From: Acidobacteriota bacterium
Lineage (GTDB): Bacteria; Acidobacteriota; UBA6911; RPQK01; JADFOI01
Direction of reading: 5' to 3'
Assembly (NCBI GenBank): GCA_963663035.1
Contig: OY760074.1
Span: 2,240,001-2,304,000 of the forward strand
DNA: 64,000 nt
In this document: positions 8,119 to 18,576 of the stretch, in pieces
Numbering within the stretch: position 1 is the first letter of the stretch
Layout of the letters: the number at the start of each line of letters is the position of its first letter
Translations under genes and position numbers: made by a program
Notes under the pieces: generated by a model
Seen by the model: only the letters and a program-made list of their open reading frames with translations
Databases searched by the model: none
What the model was told of the DNA's origin: nothing

Positions 8119-9871
8119 GTTTCCCATATTTCTCTTTTTTCAGCACTCTGGTCAGCTCTTCAAGTGGGTAGGTATTAATTACATCCTTTGCTTCCAGCCA
8201 ACCACGTCTGGCAGTAAAGACTCCATATTCGGTATAGCGAAGCATTCGGAGGTTGTGACTGTCGGAGTTGATACTGATCAAGGCTCCCTGATCGCAGGCC
8301 ATACGACAGTGAACGTCGCTCAAGTCCAGGCGCTCCGGGTAGGCGTTGATCTCCAAACACACCCTGTTCTCTCGAGCTGTTTTAATCACCTGCTCCAAGT
8401 CAACCGCATAGGGTGCTCGTCGTGTGAGCAGACGCCCGGTGGGATGAGCCAGGATATTCACATTAGGGTTCTCCAGGGCACGACAGATTCTCAAAGTCAT
8501 CTCCTTGCGGGTAAGATTGAACCGGCTGTGTACTGAAGCAATGACAACATCCAGGCGGGAAAGGACTTCATCGCTCAGATCCAGTTCCCCCTCACTCAGG
8601 ATGTCGACCTCAATTCCTTTGAAAATGTGAATCTTAGAGATCTGGGATGCCACCCGGTCGATCTCCTCAATTTGATCAAGAAGCCTTTTTTCATCCAGTC
8701 CACGGGCCATAGCCAGAGCCTTGCTATGGTCCGTAATGGCAATGTATTGATATCCCGCTTGTATCCCGGCTGCGGCCATCTCCTGGATCGTGTTCCGACC
8801 ATCGGTGGCCTTTGTGTGCATATGCAAATCGCCGCGAATGTCTTCTAGTTTGATCAGATCAGGCAATCGGCCAGTTTCCGCCTTTTCAATTTCTCCTCGG
8901 TTTTCTCTAAGCTCGGGTGGTATGGGTGACAGTTTCAACAGCCTGTAGATATCCTCTTCACTTTCACCGGCCACTTTCTCTGGAAGATCCTTTTTCTCTC
9001 CATTGCCGAGCCGAAAGAGACCATATTCACTAATCTTGTAACCCATACGTTTGGCTCTTTCTCGCAGGGCGACGTTATGTGCTTTGGAGCCAGTAAAATA
9101 CTGGAGGGCGGCGCCAAAGGATTCATCCTCCAGCACTCGCAGATCGGCTTGGAGTCCTCGGCCCAAGACGACTGAGGCTTTGGTGTCTCCTTTGGCCAAC
9201 ACCTCTTTGACATCGCGATGTTCAGTGAAGGCATCGATGACTTCCACAGGAGACTCACAGGTCACCAGGATATCGATATCGCCAACGGTTTCGCGTCTAC
9301 GCCTCACGCTGCCGGCGGCCGCAATTCGCTTGACCTTGACCCTCGATCGAAGGTCATCCATTATTCCCTGGCAGATTTCGATGCCGTCGTCGAGGCGAAA
9401 GCGACCTTGGAGAAGTCGATGGTCCTGGATGGCCTTAAGAATCTTCGCCTCGCTTTTTTCCCCCATCCCCGGCAAGGATCGCAACTGTTCCCCTCGAGCC
9501 GCCTTCTCCAACTCATCAATGGTGCTGATATTCAGGGTCTTCCAAAACAACCTGATCTTCTTGGGGCCCAGGTTCTGTAATTCCAGCAGAGTGAGAAGTG
9601 ACGGAGGGATCTCCTTCTTTAAATCTTCAAAGTCCTGGCTTCGTCCGGTCTCGGCAATCTCCTGGATCATACCGATCGTGCCTTTTCCGATCCCAGAGAT
9701 GCTGCGAAGCTTTTCGGCGTCCTCCTGAGAGGCATGAGCACCATTGAAGCTGAGATCCCGAATGATTTGAGCGGCTCTCCGGAAGGATCGGATTCGAAAG
9801 GGATTACCTTCCTGAATCTCGAGAATATCCGCAATATCGCTGAAGATCCTGGCCAGCTCTTTGTTCTCCAT
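8114..9871 (-). CDS. polX: DNA polymerase X fused to a PHP domain
   Basis: HhH motifs, GS.RR...GDIDIL, QYFTGSK.HN, and PHP motifs HMHT, TDH and NSDSH. Confidence 0.95.
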   Translation of the reverse strand: MENKELARIFSDIADILEIQEGNPFRIRSFRRAAQIIRDLSFNGAHASQEDAEKLRSISGIGKGTIGMIQEIAETGRSQDFEDLKKEIPPSLLTLLELQNLGPKKIRLFWKTLNISTIDELEKAARGEQLRSLPGMGEKSEAKILKAIQDHRLLQGRFRLDDGIEICQGIMDDLRSRVKVKRIAAAGSVRRRRETVGDIDILVTCESPVEVIDAFTEHRDVKEVLAKGDTKASVVLGRGLQADLRVLEDESFGAALQYFTGSKAHNVALRERAKRMGYKISEYGLFRLGNGEKKDLPEKVAGESEEDIYRLLKLSPIPPELRENRGEIEKAETGRLPDLIKLEDIRGDLHMHTKATDGRNTIQEMAAAGIQAGYQYIAITDHSKALAMARGLDEKRLLDQIEEIDRVASQISKIHIFKGIEVDILSEGELDLSDEVLSRLDVVIASVHSRFNLTRKEMTLRICRALENPNVNILAHPTGRLLTRRAPYAVDLEQVIKTARENRVCLEINAYPERLDLSDVHCRMACDQGALISINSDSHNLRMLRYTEYGVFTARRGWLEAKDVINTYPLEELTRVLKKEKYGKR

Positions 9872-9876
9872 TAGTC

Positions 9877-11229
9877 CTAGTCCCGCAACCGCAGCAGCCG
9901 CTCGGCGGCCGCATGCAACACATCCATGGATTTACAAAAGGCGAAACGAATAAACCGTCTGCCCATTTCGGGTCGATGATAGAAACTACTGCCCGGCACT
10001 GCGGCAACCCCGTAGGTCTTAACCAGTTGATCGACAAATCGAACGTCATCCAGATCTGTCAGTGGCGAGATGTCGACCATAATGTAGTAGGCACCAGATG
10101 GTGTCCAAACCTTGAACCCAACTTCTTGCAGCCTCCCCACCAGATAATCCCGGCGCTCTCGATATTCTGAGGCCAGCTGCTTGTAGTACTGCCGATCCGT
10201 CCCCATTGCCTTAGTACTCCCTTTCATAAATACGGTAACGTTTGCGGATGGGGCTTGCGAGGCGAAATCGCGAAGAGAGGAGGAGGCGATGCAGAGACAT
10301 CGACTCGTCGTCGCGCCTCAATCTGGGCTCCGTCGCGCTCCCAACAAACATTACCGTATTTATGAAAGTGAGTACTCATCACCAGCTTCCTGCAAAGGAG
10401 CGGCCGCTCCAACCGTCAGGAAATCATGAATCTTGCGGATGCCGTCGGTGAGATCCGGGGGCGCGATAATGTATCCAATCCGCCAGCCCGTCACACTGAA
10501 GGTCTTGGAAAGTCCGCTGATGGTGATGGTCCGGTCCCTCATCCCGGAGAAGAGTGCAAGGGGATGATGACACTGACCGTCATAAACAATGTGCTCATAG
10601 ATCTCATCGGTAATGACGTAAAAATCGTAAGTCTTGGCAAGTGCAGACAGCTGTCCAAGTTCCTCCCGGAAAAACACCTTTCCTGAAGGATTGTTTGGAG
10701 TATTGAGTATCAGGGCACGGATCCCCCCCTGGGACTGGGCCTCTTGAATCTTCTTTTCGAGTTCCTGAAAGTCGAAGGTCCAATCGCGATCCGGGTCAAG
10801 GGCAACATAGAGGGGTGAAGCACCGGCAATGATGGCATCGGGACCATAGTTTTCATAAAAGGGCTCAAAGACAAGCACTTGATCTCCAGGATTGACCAGC
10901 GCCAGAATCGAAGAAATCATGCACTCGGTCGCACCACAGGCCACCGTGACTTCTCTTTCAGGGTCAATCTCCCAGTCATAGAATTCCCTGTACTTTTCAG
11001 CAATTGCCTGCCGGAGTCCAGCGGCACCCCAGGTAATGGCGTACTGGTTAATATCGTCTTGAATCGCCTGGCAAGCAGCGCTCTTAATCTCCTGAGGCGC
11101 TGGGAAATTAGGGAATCCTTGAGCCAGATTAATGGCATCATATTGCATCGCAAAACGCGTCATTTCTCGAATGACAGATTCGGTAAAGTGGGTGACCTTC
11201 TGGCTGGTCCGATGGGGTGACGTCGGCAT
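9877..11229 (-). pseudogene. PLP-dependent class I/II aminotransferase split by MITE B copy 2
   Basis: AINLAQGFP, NTPNNPSG, DEIY and SKTFSVTGWRIGY lie in the 5' part, and the C-terminus (IRFAFCK) lies in the same frame beyond the insert. Confidence 0.88.
10214..10375. mobile_element. MITE family B copy 2 (162 bp, internal deletion)
   Basis: Same IR family as copy 1. It lacks 108 bp between two GACATCGAC direct repeats and is flanked by TTA/TCA. Confidence 0.88.
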
Positions 11230-11231
11230 GG

Positions 11232-11259
11232 CTAACAGCTGACAACTGACAACTGACAT
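11232..11259 (+). repeat. CTGACAA heptamer repeat
   Basis: CTAACAG CTGACAA CTGACAA CTGACAT, just upstream of the aminotransferase ATG. Confidence 0.75.
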
Positions 11260-11278
11260 GAAGAGAAAGTTAGAAATT

Positions 11279-12076
11279 TCAACTTTTCTCTTCCCGGAGC
11301 TGTGAGGTGGCTGAGGGAAGATCGGGAACCAGGGCCGATGCCTCTGGAACTTCCTGTATTTCCGGAGGAATCCACTCAATGCTGTCCGGTTCCTTCTCCA
11401 CTTCAGGAGACGAAGTCTTTCCTTCCGAAGCGGCCAGCCGCTGCAGGTAGTGGTTTTTCAGAACGAGTACGACCAGGTGGGTGAGTAATTCCAGGGAATC
11501 CAGAGGAAGCGAAGCTGACGAGTCAGCATAAAGAACCACCGGAACAGAGTCTCCAAAGACGAGCGGGATACACACAGCCATCTGCGAAGCTTTTCCCGAC
11601 TGCTTTGACCAGGGAAAGGTGTGATCCAGATCGCCTTCACTGAAAACGATTTGTCTCTGCATAGCGGCCCGGATGATAGGATTTTCCTGGTCTTGGCCCT
11701 CCACCGCCTGGACATGTTCCAGATCAAAACCGATCGCTTTCCAGGGGAGATACTTCTCCTCTTCTTTCAGAAAGAGAATTCCCCTGCTCACAAGAGCTTG
11801 AGCTTCCTCAAAATAGGTGGCCAGGATCTGTTCCTGGGTTTTGCCGGTGGCTAGTTTCTGATGGGCCGCGTTGACTCGCTTGAGCTCTAATCCAGATGCA
11901 ATTGAGGGACTTTTCTGGGTAACGGCTGGAGTATCCCGGTCAAGCTGCGGAGGGCAATCGAGTGCCTTAAGCCTGGATTCAATTTCCTCTTTGGCTGTCT
12001 CAAGCTGAGACTCGATGGCAGTGAGCTTTTCCTGAATGCCGGCCAGAGAGTCTCTCAGGGTTTGTGATCTCGACAA
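11279..12076 (-). CDS. Coiled-coil plus GAF-like domain protein, possibly truncated
   Basis: N-terminal coiled coil and a GAF-like CIPLV...VLYAD strand. Confidence 0.55.
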   Translation of the reverse strand: MSRSQTLRDSLAGIQEKLTAIESQLETAKEEIESRLKALDCPPQLDRDTPAVTQKSPSIASGLELKRVNAAHQKLATGKTQEQILATYFEEAQALVSRGILFLKEEEKYLPWKAIGFDLEHVQAVEGQDQENPIIRAAMQRQIVFSEGDLDHTFPWSKQSGKASQMAVCIPLVFGDSVPVVLYADSSASLPLDSLELLTHLVVLVLKNHYLQRLAASEGKTSSPEVEKEPDSIEWIPPEIQEVPEASALVPDLPSATSQLREEKS

Positions 12077-12210
12077 ATCCTTCTCTTCCTCCCACCTTGG
12101 TGCGGACTTTCCCCCGGTCGTGGGGCAATCTTAGAAACTTGCCATCCTCACTGTCAACTCATGAAAATGATTGTGATATAAGGGTCCTCATCAAGAACAC
12201 AATACCCAGC

Positions 12211-14385
12211 ATGCTCACAGAACTGCAAGGGCAGATAGAACGAATCACCTTCATCAACGAAGAGAATAGCTTCACCATCGCTAAGGTGAAAGTTCCGGGC
12301 CAGCGCGAGCTAGCGACCGTGGTGGGAAACCTGGTGGCTCTCACGCCGGGAGAAGTCCTCCTGATGAAGGGTGAGTGGACCAATCATCCCCGATACGGCA
12401 GGCAGTTCCAGGTGTTGAATTTCAAATCTCAGGTCCCAGCCTCTGTCTATGGCATCAAGAGATACCTGGGCTCCGGTCTCATTAAGGGCATCGGCCCGAT
12501 CATGGCCCAGAGAATCGTCAAGAGGTTCGGCGATAAAACTCTCGATGTCATCGAAAATGAACTGGAAAGGCTGACCGAGGTCCAGGGTATCGGAAAGAAA
12601 CGGATCGCCATGATCAGAACGGCCTGGGACGAACAGCAGGAGATTCGGGAGGTCATGCTGTTCCTGCAGACCCATGGGATCAGCTCAGGATATGCCGCCA
12701 AGATTTTCAAACACTATGGCCGTCAGTCCATCGAGGTGGTTCAGAAAAACCCCTACCGTCTGGCCGTGGACATTCTAGGGATAGGCTTTGTCACGGCTGA
12801 CTCCATCGCGGAGAAACTGGGATTCGCAAAGGATTCGGAGCTGAGGGCGGAGGCGGGAATCCTCTATGTCCTCCATCAATTGACCAATGAGGGTCATGTC
12901 TACTACCCCTACGAACCCCTGATCGAGAAGTGTCAGGAGATTCTCCAAGTGGACAGGGAGGTCATCCTCAAAGCCTTTGGCACCATCGCCTTGGATAAGA
13001 GGATAGTCATCGAGGATCAAAGCGACGACAGCGACAACTTCAAGGAACACCAAAAGGATGTCTATTTAGCGACACTCTATCTCTGCGAGACCGGCATATC
13101 CCACCGACTGAAGACCCTGATCTCCGCACCCAAGACCATTCGGAGAGTCGACACCGACAAAGCCATCGAATGGGTCCAGAAGCAGCTTGCCATTACTCTA
13201 GCTGCAAGACAGATCGGGGCAGTGAGGTGTGCTGTGGAGGAAAAGGTGATGGTGATCACCGGTGGGCCTGGAACCGGAAAAACGACCATCATTAACGCCA
13301 TTCTAAAGATCTTTGCCAAGCTCACGGTTAACATCATGTTGGCAGCCCCCACCGGCAGGGCTGCCAAACGGATGAATCAGGCAACAGGTCACGAGGCCAA
13401 GACGATTCATCGCATGCTCGAATTCAGTCTTCAAAAGGGAGGCTTCCAGAAAAACGAGACCCATCCTCTGACATGCGATTTGCTCATCGTGGATGAAGCT
13501 TCAATGATCGATACGGTGCTCATGCACCACCTTCTGAAGGCCATTCCTCCCAGAGCCACCCTGGTCCTGGTTGGAGATGTCAATCAGCTCCCTTCTGTGG
13601 GTCCTGGAAATGTTCTCCAGGACATCATCGCCTCGGGAGTTGTGCGGGTAGTCAAGCTCAGTGAGATCTTTCGTCAGGCCCAGGAAAGCTCAATCATCGT
13701 CAACGCCCACAAAATCAACCGTGGTCTTCTGCCAGCACTGACTCCTCCGCGAGCTCAACTGGAGGACTTCTATTTTATCGAACAGGAAGACCCTGAAGCG
13801 GTCCTGAGCACTGTACTGGAGCTGACCCAGGAACGCATCCCCGGGCGGTTTGGATTCCATCCCCTCAACGACATTCAGGTGCTCACTCCCATGCACAAAG
13901 GAGTGGTGGGTGCAGAGAATCTCAACACTGAGCTCCAAAAAGCGTTCAATCCGACACCAGCGGGGGTGATTCGAGGAGGAAGGAACTTTCGGATCAGAGA
14001 CAAGGTTATGCAAATCAAGAACAATTACGACAAGGCCGTTTTCAACGGCGACATTGGCCGGATAACCCGGATAACGTCGGAGTCCCAAGAAGTCCTCATC
14101 TCCTTCGATGGCCGGGATGTGTTGTACGATTTCACGGACCTGGACGAGATTGTTCTAGCTTACGCCATATCCGTGCACAAGTCCCAGGGCTCCGAGTATC
14201 CAGCCGTGATCATCCCCATCGTCATGCAGCACTATATCCTTTTGCAGCGGAACTTGATTTACACTGCGGTGACCAGGGGCAGAAAGTTAGTGGTGATGGT
14301 GGGAACCAAGAAAGCCTTGGCGGTTGGGGTTAAGAACGACAAAACACGAAAACGCTATTCACGTTTACGAAACAGACTGGGTTGA
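12211..14385 (+). CDS. recD2: RecD2 ATP-dependent helicase
   Basis: HhH domains, GGPGTGKTT, APTGRAA, VDEASM and HKSQGSE motifs. The start is placed at MLTELQG. Confidence 0.93.
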   Translation: MLTELQGQIERITFINEENSFTIAKVKVPGQRELATVVGNLVALTPGEVLLMKGEWTNHPRYGRQFQVLNFKSQVPASVYGIKRYLGSGLIKGIGPIMAQRIVKRFGDKTLDVIENELERLTEVQGIGKKRIAMIRTAWDEQQEIREVMLFLQTHGISSGYAAKIFKHYGRQSIEVVQKNPYRLAVDILGIGFVTADSIAEKLGFAKDSELRAEAGILYVLHQLTNEGHVYYPYEPLIEKCQEILQVDREVILKAFGTIALDKRIVIEDQSDDSDNFKEHQKDVYLATLYLCETGISHRLKTLISAPKTIRRVDTDKAIEWVQKQLAITLAARQIGAVRCAVEEKVMVITGGPGTGKTTIINAILKIFAKLTVNIMLAAPTGRAAKRMNQATGHEAKTIHRMLEFSLQKGGFQKNETHPLTCDLLIVDEASMIDTVLMHHLLKAIPPRATLVLVGDVNQLPSVGPGNVLQDIIASGVVRVVKLSEIFRQAQESSIIVNAHKINRGLLPALTPPRAQLEDFYFIEQEDPEAVLSTVLELTQERIPGRFGFHPLNDIQVLTPMHKGVVGAENLNTELQKAFNPTPAGVIRGGRNFRIRDKVMQIKNNYDKAVFNGDIGRITRITSESQEVLISFDGRDVLYDFTDLDEIVLAYAISVHKSQGSEYPAVIIPIVMQHYILLQRNLIYTAVTRGRKLVVMVGTKKALAVGVKNDKTRKRYSRLRNRLG

Positions 14386-14398
14386 TTAAGCCCGGATT

Positions 14399-15154
14399 AT
14401 GCAGATCACCATTTTAGGCAGTGGGACTTCTATTCCCCATCCTCAGCGTGCTTCTCCCGGTCTGGTGATCCGTTTCAACCAAACGACTATCCTGGTGGAT
14501 CCCAGCTCCGGTTCCCTGCACCGCGCTGAGCGGCACGGAGCAGCAGTAAAGGACATCGACTACGTCCTGTTCTCCCATTATCATCCGGACCACACGGGGG
14601 ATTTGGGCCCGTTTCTCTTTGCCCTCAGGAACTCGGAGTACTTCGGCTCCAAGAAGCTCAGGCTCATGGGACCACCTGGATTGAAGGACCTCCACCGTGG
14701 CCTGCTGGATTTCTACGGCAGTTGGATTCACCTGGAAAGTGAGCGTTTGACGATTCGCGAGATCTGGGACGATCAACTGAAGTTCCCCGACTGGGCTGTC
14801 CGCTCACTGCCTGTCCCTCACACGGAAAGCAGTCTTGGATATCGTTTCACAGACTCCGAGGGGAAGGTCTTTGCCTACTCCGGGGATACTGACTATGCTG
14901 AGGCATTGATCGAGCTATCCCAGGATGCTGACGCCGCCTTGATCGAAGCCGCCCAGCCGTCGGGACTCAAACTGGAAGGCCATCTCACACCCCACTTGGC
15001 CGGACAGATTGCTCAAAAGGCAGCTGCCAAGCGGCTCATCCTCACCCACCTGTATCCGGTGTGTGATGACTATGATCTGCTCTCGGAGATTCGCAGTTCG
15101 GGGTACCAAGGTCAGGCCGAGATCGCCCAGGATGGGATGAAGATCAACCTTTAG
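14399..15154 (+). CDS. Metallo-beta-lactamase-fold hydrolase (RNase Z-like)
   Basis: ILGSG, HYHPDH, YSGDT and LTHLYP motifs. Confidence 0.85.
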   Translation: MQITILGSGTSIPHPQRASPGLVIRFNQTTILVDPSSGSLHRAERHGAAVKDIDYVLFSHYHPDHTGDLGPFLFALRNSEYFGSKKLRLMGPPGLKDLHRGLLDFYGSWIHLESERLTIREIWDDQLKFPDWAVRSLPVPHTESSLGYRFTDSEGKVFAYSGDTDYAEALIELSQDADAALIEAAQPSGLKLEGHLTPHLAGQIAQKAAAKRLILTHLYPVCDDYDLLSEIRSSGYQGQAEIAQDGMKINL

Positions 15155-15163
15155 AAGGGGTAG

Positions 15164-15401
15164 CCCGCATTGCTCACACCAGCTCGTGGCGAAGCGGCGG
15201 AAGGGCTGGAAAACAGAGCCGTGGGCTTTAGCCCACGGGCCCGCAGGCTAAAGCCTGCGGCTCCGACTGGCGCGCGAGGGGTACCCGCAAACGTACTCTT
15301 GAGTACGTTGAGGAGCCGAGGGGTACCCGCTTGCGGGTCGCGCAACACAGTCAGGTCGGCTCATTGCGCCGATGCAGTAGAGCAGGTGTGAGAAGTGCGG
15401 G
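15164..15401. mobile_element. MITE family A copy 2 (subtype carrying a REP doublet)
   Basis: IRs CCCGCATTGCTCACACC and rc CCCGCACTTCTCACACC, family A core, and internal GGGCTTTAGCCC palindromes. Confidence 0.85.
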
Positions 15402-15402
15402 C

Positions 15403-16599
15403 TCAGAGACTCACCGCCGAGGTCGACGCATTGTAACACTCGGTTGCAGCCTCCACCCCGGCTCCCTGGGCGCAGTGAAAGCCCTGCCTGCGCAAGCAGG
15501 TCTCCAGAGCGAAAAGAAAGTAGAGCACATTCTGAGCCTGGCTGTTCTCCCCCATCAACCCCACTCGCCAAACCTTCCCCTTCAAGTCACCCAGACCTCC
15601 GCCGATTTCCAGATTGAACTGGCTCAGCAGCTCACTTCGAACTTTCCCATCATCCACACCGGCAGGGATGCACACCGTATTCAACGACCACAGACGATAT
15701 TCGGGGTCTACGTGCATCTGCAACCCCAGTCCCTCGAATCCCGCCACCAGAGCTGTGTGATTTTGCCGGTGGCGATCGAAGCGTTCCTCCAGTCCCTCTT
15801 CCACAATGATCTTCAGCGCTTCACACAAGGCATAATTCATCGAGATGGGTGCCGTGTGATGGTACGCCCGCTCCTCACCCCAATAGGACCGGAGGAGGTT
15901 AAAGTCCAGGTACCAGCTTCTGCATGGGCTGGTGCGGGTTTTCAACTTCGCTTCAGCCTTGGGAGAAAGGGTAATGGGCGCAAGTCCAGGAGGACAGCTC
16001 AAGCACTTTTGAGTCCCGCTGTAACAAATATCGATACCCCAGGAATCGACTTCGACGGGGTGTCCTCCCAGAGAGGTCACGGCATCCACCAGCAGCAGTG
16101 AATCGAGGCTGTTACAAATTTCCCGGATGGGCTCCAAAGGTTGGAGGACTCCGGTGGAGGTTTCAGCATGCACGACGGCTATGATGCTCGGTTGGCACTT
16201 CTGGGCGGCCTCAAGCATGGCTTTCCCGCCGAGAGGCTCACCAAAGGGAGCGGAAACCACCGTGCAGTCACCGCCATTCCGGCGGACCATCTCTGCGATC
16301 CGCTGCCCGAAAACCCCGTTGACACCAACCAGGACAGACTCTCCCTCCTCAACAAAATTGGCGACTGAGGCCTCCATCCCAGCAGTTCCAGTTCCTGACA
16401 GTGGAATGGTGAAAGGGTTGCCGGTTTGAAAGACGCGCCGCAGAAGGTCCTGAATTGTATTCATGATCTCCACGAACTCGGGATCGAGATGACCGACCAG
16501 CGGCCGGCTCATGGCTCGAAGGACCCGAGACGGCACATTTGATGGCCCCGGTCCCATCAACAACCTTCCTTCTTTGCCCTTCTGTGTCAGTCTCTTCAT
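15403..16599 (-). CDS. Alanine-glyoxylate / serine-pyruvate aminotransferase (class V)
   Basis: [27 protein letters not shown] and YHHT motifs. Confidence 0.92.
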   Translation of the reverse strand: MKRLTQKGKEGRLLMGPGPSNVPSRVLRAMSRPLVGHLDPEFVEIMNTIQDLLRRVFQTGNPFTIPLSGTGTAGMEASVANFVEEGESVLVGVNGVFGQRIAEMVRRNGGDCTVVSAPFGEPLGGKAMLEAAQKCQPSIIAVVHAETSTGVLQPLEPIREICNSLDSLLLVDAVTSLGGHPVEVDSWGIDICYSGTQKCLSCPPGLAPITLSPKAEAKLKTRTSPCRSWYLDFNLLRSYWGEERAYHHTAPISMNYALCEALKIIVEEGLEERFDRHRQNHTALVAGFEGLGLQMHVDPEYRLWSLNTVCIPAGVDDGKVRSELLSQFNLEIGGGLGDLKGKVWRVGLMGENSQAQNVLYFLFALETCLRRQGFHCAQGAGVEAATECYNASTSAVSL

Positions 16600-16644
16600 C
16601 TTTTCATCGAGCCTCCGTGACCCAATGAAGTATATAATTGTGTA

Positions 16645-17091
16645 GTGAGAGTCACCAGTCCCACTTTTCCAGCTGGCGGCGCCATTCCCATGAAGCACAC
16701 CTGTGAAGGTCTGGATGTCTCACCGGCGCTCAGGTGGAAAGAGGTTCCGGAAGGAACGAAGAGTTTCGCGCTCACCGTCACCGATCCAGACGCGCCTATG
16801 GAATGGATTCACTGGTTGGTCTGTGACCTTCCACTCGATGTCCGAATGATTTCAGAAGGCGGGCCAGTTCCCACGGGGGCCAAAGAAATACGAAATGATT
16901 TTGGGAAAGAAGCCTATGGTGGTCCCTGCCCTCCCAGTGGAACGCATCGCTACTACTTCACCCTCTATGCACTGGACACGGAGCATCTACTCGCGAGGAA
17001 GGAAAACTTTCTCGAACTGTGCAAAAAGCACCTGATAGAGAAGGCTGAGCTCATGGGCCGATATCAGCGAGGATCCACGGGCGGGATCTGA
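16645..17091 (+). CDS. YbhB/YbcL (PEBP) family protein
   Basis: DPDAP, WIHW, GPCPP..HRY motifs. Confidence 0.9.
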   Translation: MRVTSPTFPAGGAIPMKHTCEGLDVSPALRWKEVPEGTKSFALTVTDPDAPMEWIHWLVCDLPLDVRMISEGGPVPTGAKEIRNDFGKEAYGGPCPPSGTHRYYFTLYALDTEHLLARKENFLELCKKHLIEKAELMGRYQRGSTGGI

Positions 17092-17179
17092 TACCTCCAC
17101 CCGTCCCTTTTCGGTGGCCGGGTCGTCATTTCCAGACTTTTCGTAGGCTGCCATCCATTGCTTTGCGTTTTCCAGACAG

Positions 17180-17415
17180 GCCCGTGGGCTAAAGCCCACG
17201 GCTCTGACTGATCCTCGTTACCTCCTATCAGAGCCGCAGGCTTTAGCCTGCGGGCCAGCTCAGCACTAGCCGTTCTGTGAACGGCTCCGCTGCTACGGCA
17301 AGGCCGTACTTTCGGGCCGCTCACAGAGCGGCCGCTACAATTTCGCGGCCTGAGGCCGCTCCCACATTCTCCCAGCCGCAAGGAGCGGAAGGTGGGAGCC
17401 GCCTCAGTGCGGCGA
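17180..17415. repeat. Mosaic cluster of REP-like palindromes (three types)
   Basis: An inverted pair at 17180-17206 and 17228-17256, rc GTAGCGGCCGCTCTGTGAGCGGCC at 17315-17338, and a GTGGGAGC..CCTCAG pair at 17343-17415. Confidence 0.75.
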
Positions 17416-17628
17416 AGTAGCCTGCGGGACTGCGCAACACTCTCCCATTTTCGCCCGTGGCCTAAATAGCCTCGCTCGAGGGTGTGAGAAATGCCGACTC
17501 GTGGAGTATAATCAGCTCTGACGAGCGGGCAGACTTCGCAGGAAATCAAGTATTAACTTCCTTCTCCGTGTCTTCCCTATAGGGAATCAGTGCTCAACGT
17601 TGAGTTCAGCAAAGAAAGGTTCTAGAAG

Positions 17629-18576
17629 ATGGATTACCGCCAATCCCGCCAAGAGATCGTTGAAAAAAACAAAGGCATGAGGGACAAGCGCACCAGCCTG
17701 GAAGAGGCCGTGGGCATGATTAAAAATGAAGACCATGTGGCCGTTGGAGGACTTCAATACACCCGCACACCCATGGGAGTCCTGTGGGAGATCATCCGGC
17801 AGAAAAAGCGAGATATCACCTTCTATAAACCTCTGATGAGTTTCGAGGGGGATTGGCTCTTTGTCTCGGGGGCCATGGGCAAGGCCGTGACCAGCTGGTT
17901 CAGCGGTGGGGTAACCTGGGGAGTATCAAAAATCATGCGCAGTTTTGCCGAGAAGGATCCCAGCACCTTTGAGGAATGGAGCTTGCTGGGACTCTCGCTG
18001 ATGTTTAAGGCGGGAGCCATGGGAATTCCTTCTATCCCAACCAAATCCATGCTGGGTTCTGACCTGGAGAAAAGCAGGGGTTTAAAACGCTTCACCTGCC
18101 CTTATTCCGGCGAAGAGCTTCTCTTGATACCTGCGGTCAATCCCGACGTCGCAGTTATTCATTCCCAAATTGCGGACATCTACGGGAACGCTCAGATCTT
18201 TGGTCCCCCGTGCCTGGACATAGAAACCGCCAAGGCGGCCAGCCGGGTCATCTTGACGACTGAGCAAATCGTGGATAATGAGCACATTCGGGATGCTCCC
18301 AACTCGACCAACATACCCTTTTTCTGCGTAGATGCCGTGGTAGAATTGCCCTTCGGCTGCTATCCACATGAATGTTATGGACGGTATGAACCTGCCTATG
18401 AAAAGCTGGGAGAGTATGGGCAGGGTTTACTGCAAGCCAAAGATAAAATAGGCTTTGTACGGGAGTTCCTGGAAAAGTTCTTCTACCAACCGACGGACTT
18501 TGATGAGTACCTGTCCTTATTCGGTGTGAAGAGCTTACTGGAAACCACTCGAAGGGGAAGAATTTGGCCGCAGTAA
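17629..18576 (+). CDS. Class I CoA-transferase subunit A (glutaconate CoA-transferase-like)
   Basis: AGAMGIP, CPYSGE, PDVA.IH.Q.AD.YGN and VDAVV motifs. Confidence 0.88.
   Translation: MDYRQSRQEIVEKNKGMRDKRTSLEEAVGMIKNEDHVAVGGLQYTRTPMGVLWEIIRQKKRDITFYKPLMSFEGDWLFVSGAMGKAVTSWFSGGVTWGVSKIMRSFAEKDPSTFEEWSLLGLSLMFKAGAMGIPSIPTKSMLGSDLEKSRGLKRFTCPYSGEELLLIPAVNPDVAVIHSQIADIYGNAQIFGPPCLDIETAKAASRVILTTEQIVDNEHIRDAPNSTNIPFFCVDAVVELPFGCYPHECYGRYEPAYEKLGEYGQGLLQAKDKIGFVREFLEKFFYQPTDFDEYLSLFGVKSLLETTRRGRIWPQ

Noticed and set aside
10214-10375. Self-splicing intron in the aminotransferase gene
   Set aside because: It shows no group I or II intron hallmarks, and the two intragenic family B copies lie in opposite orientations relative to their host genes.
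8114-15154. S1/P1 nuclease, PolX, RecD2 and MBL hydrolase as an anti-phage defence system
   Set aside because: These are common repair and housekeeping families on different strands, interleaved with unrelated genes.
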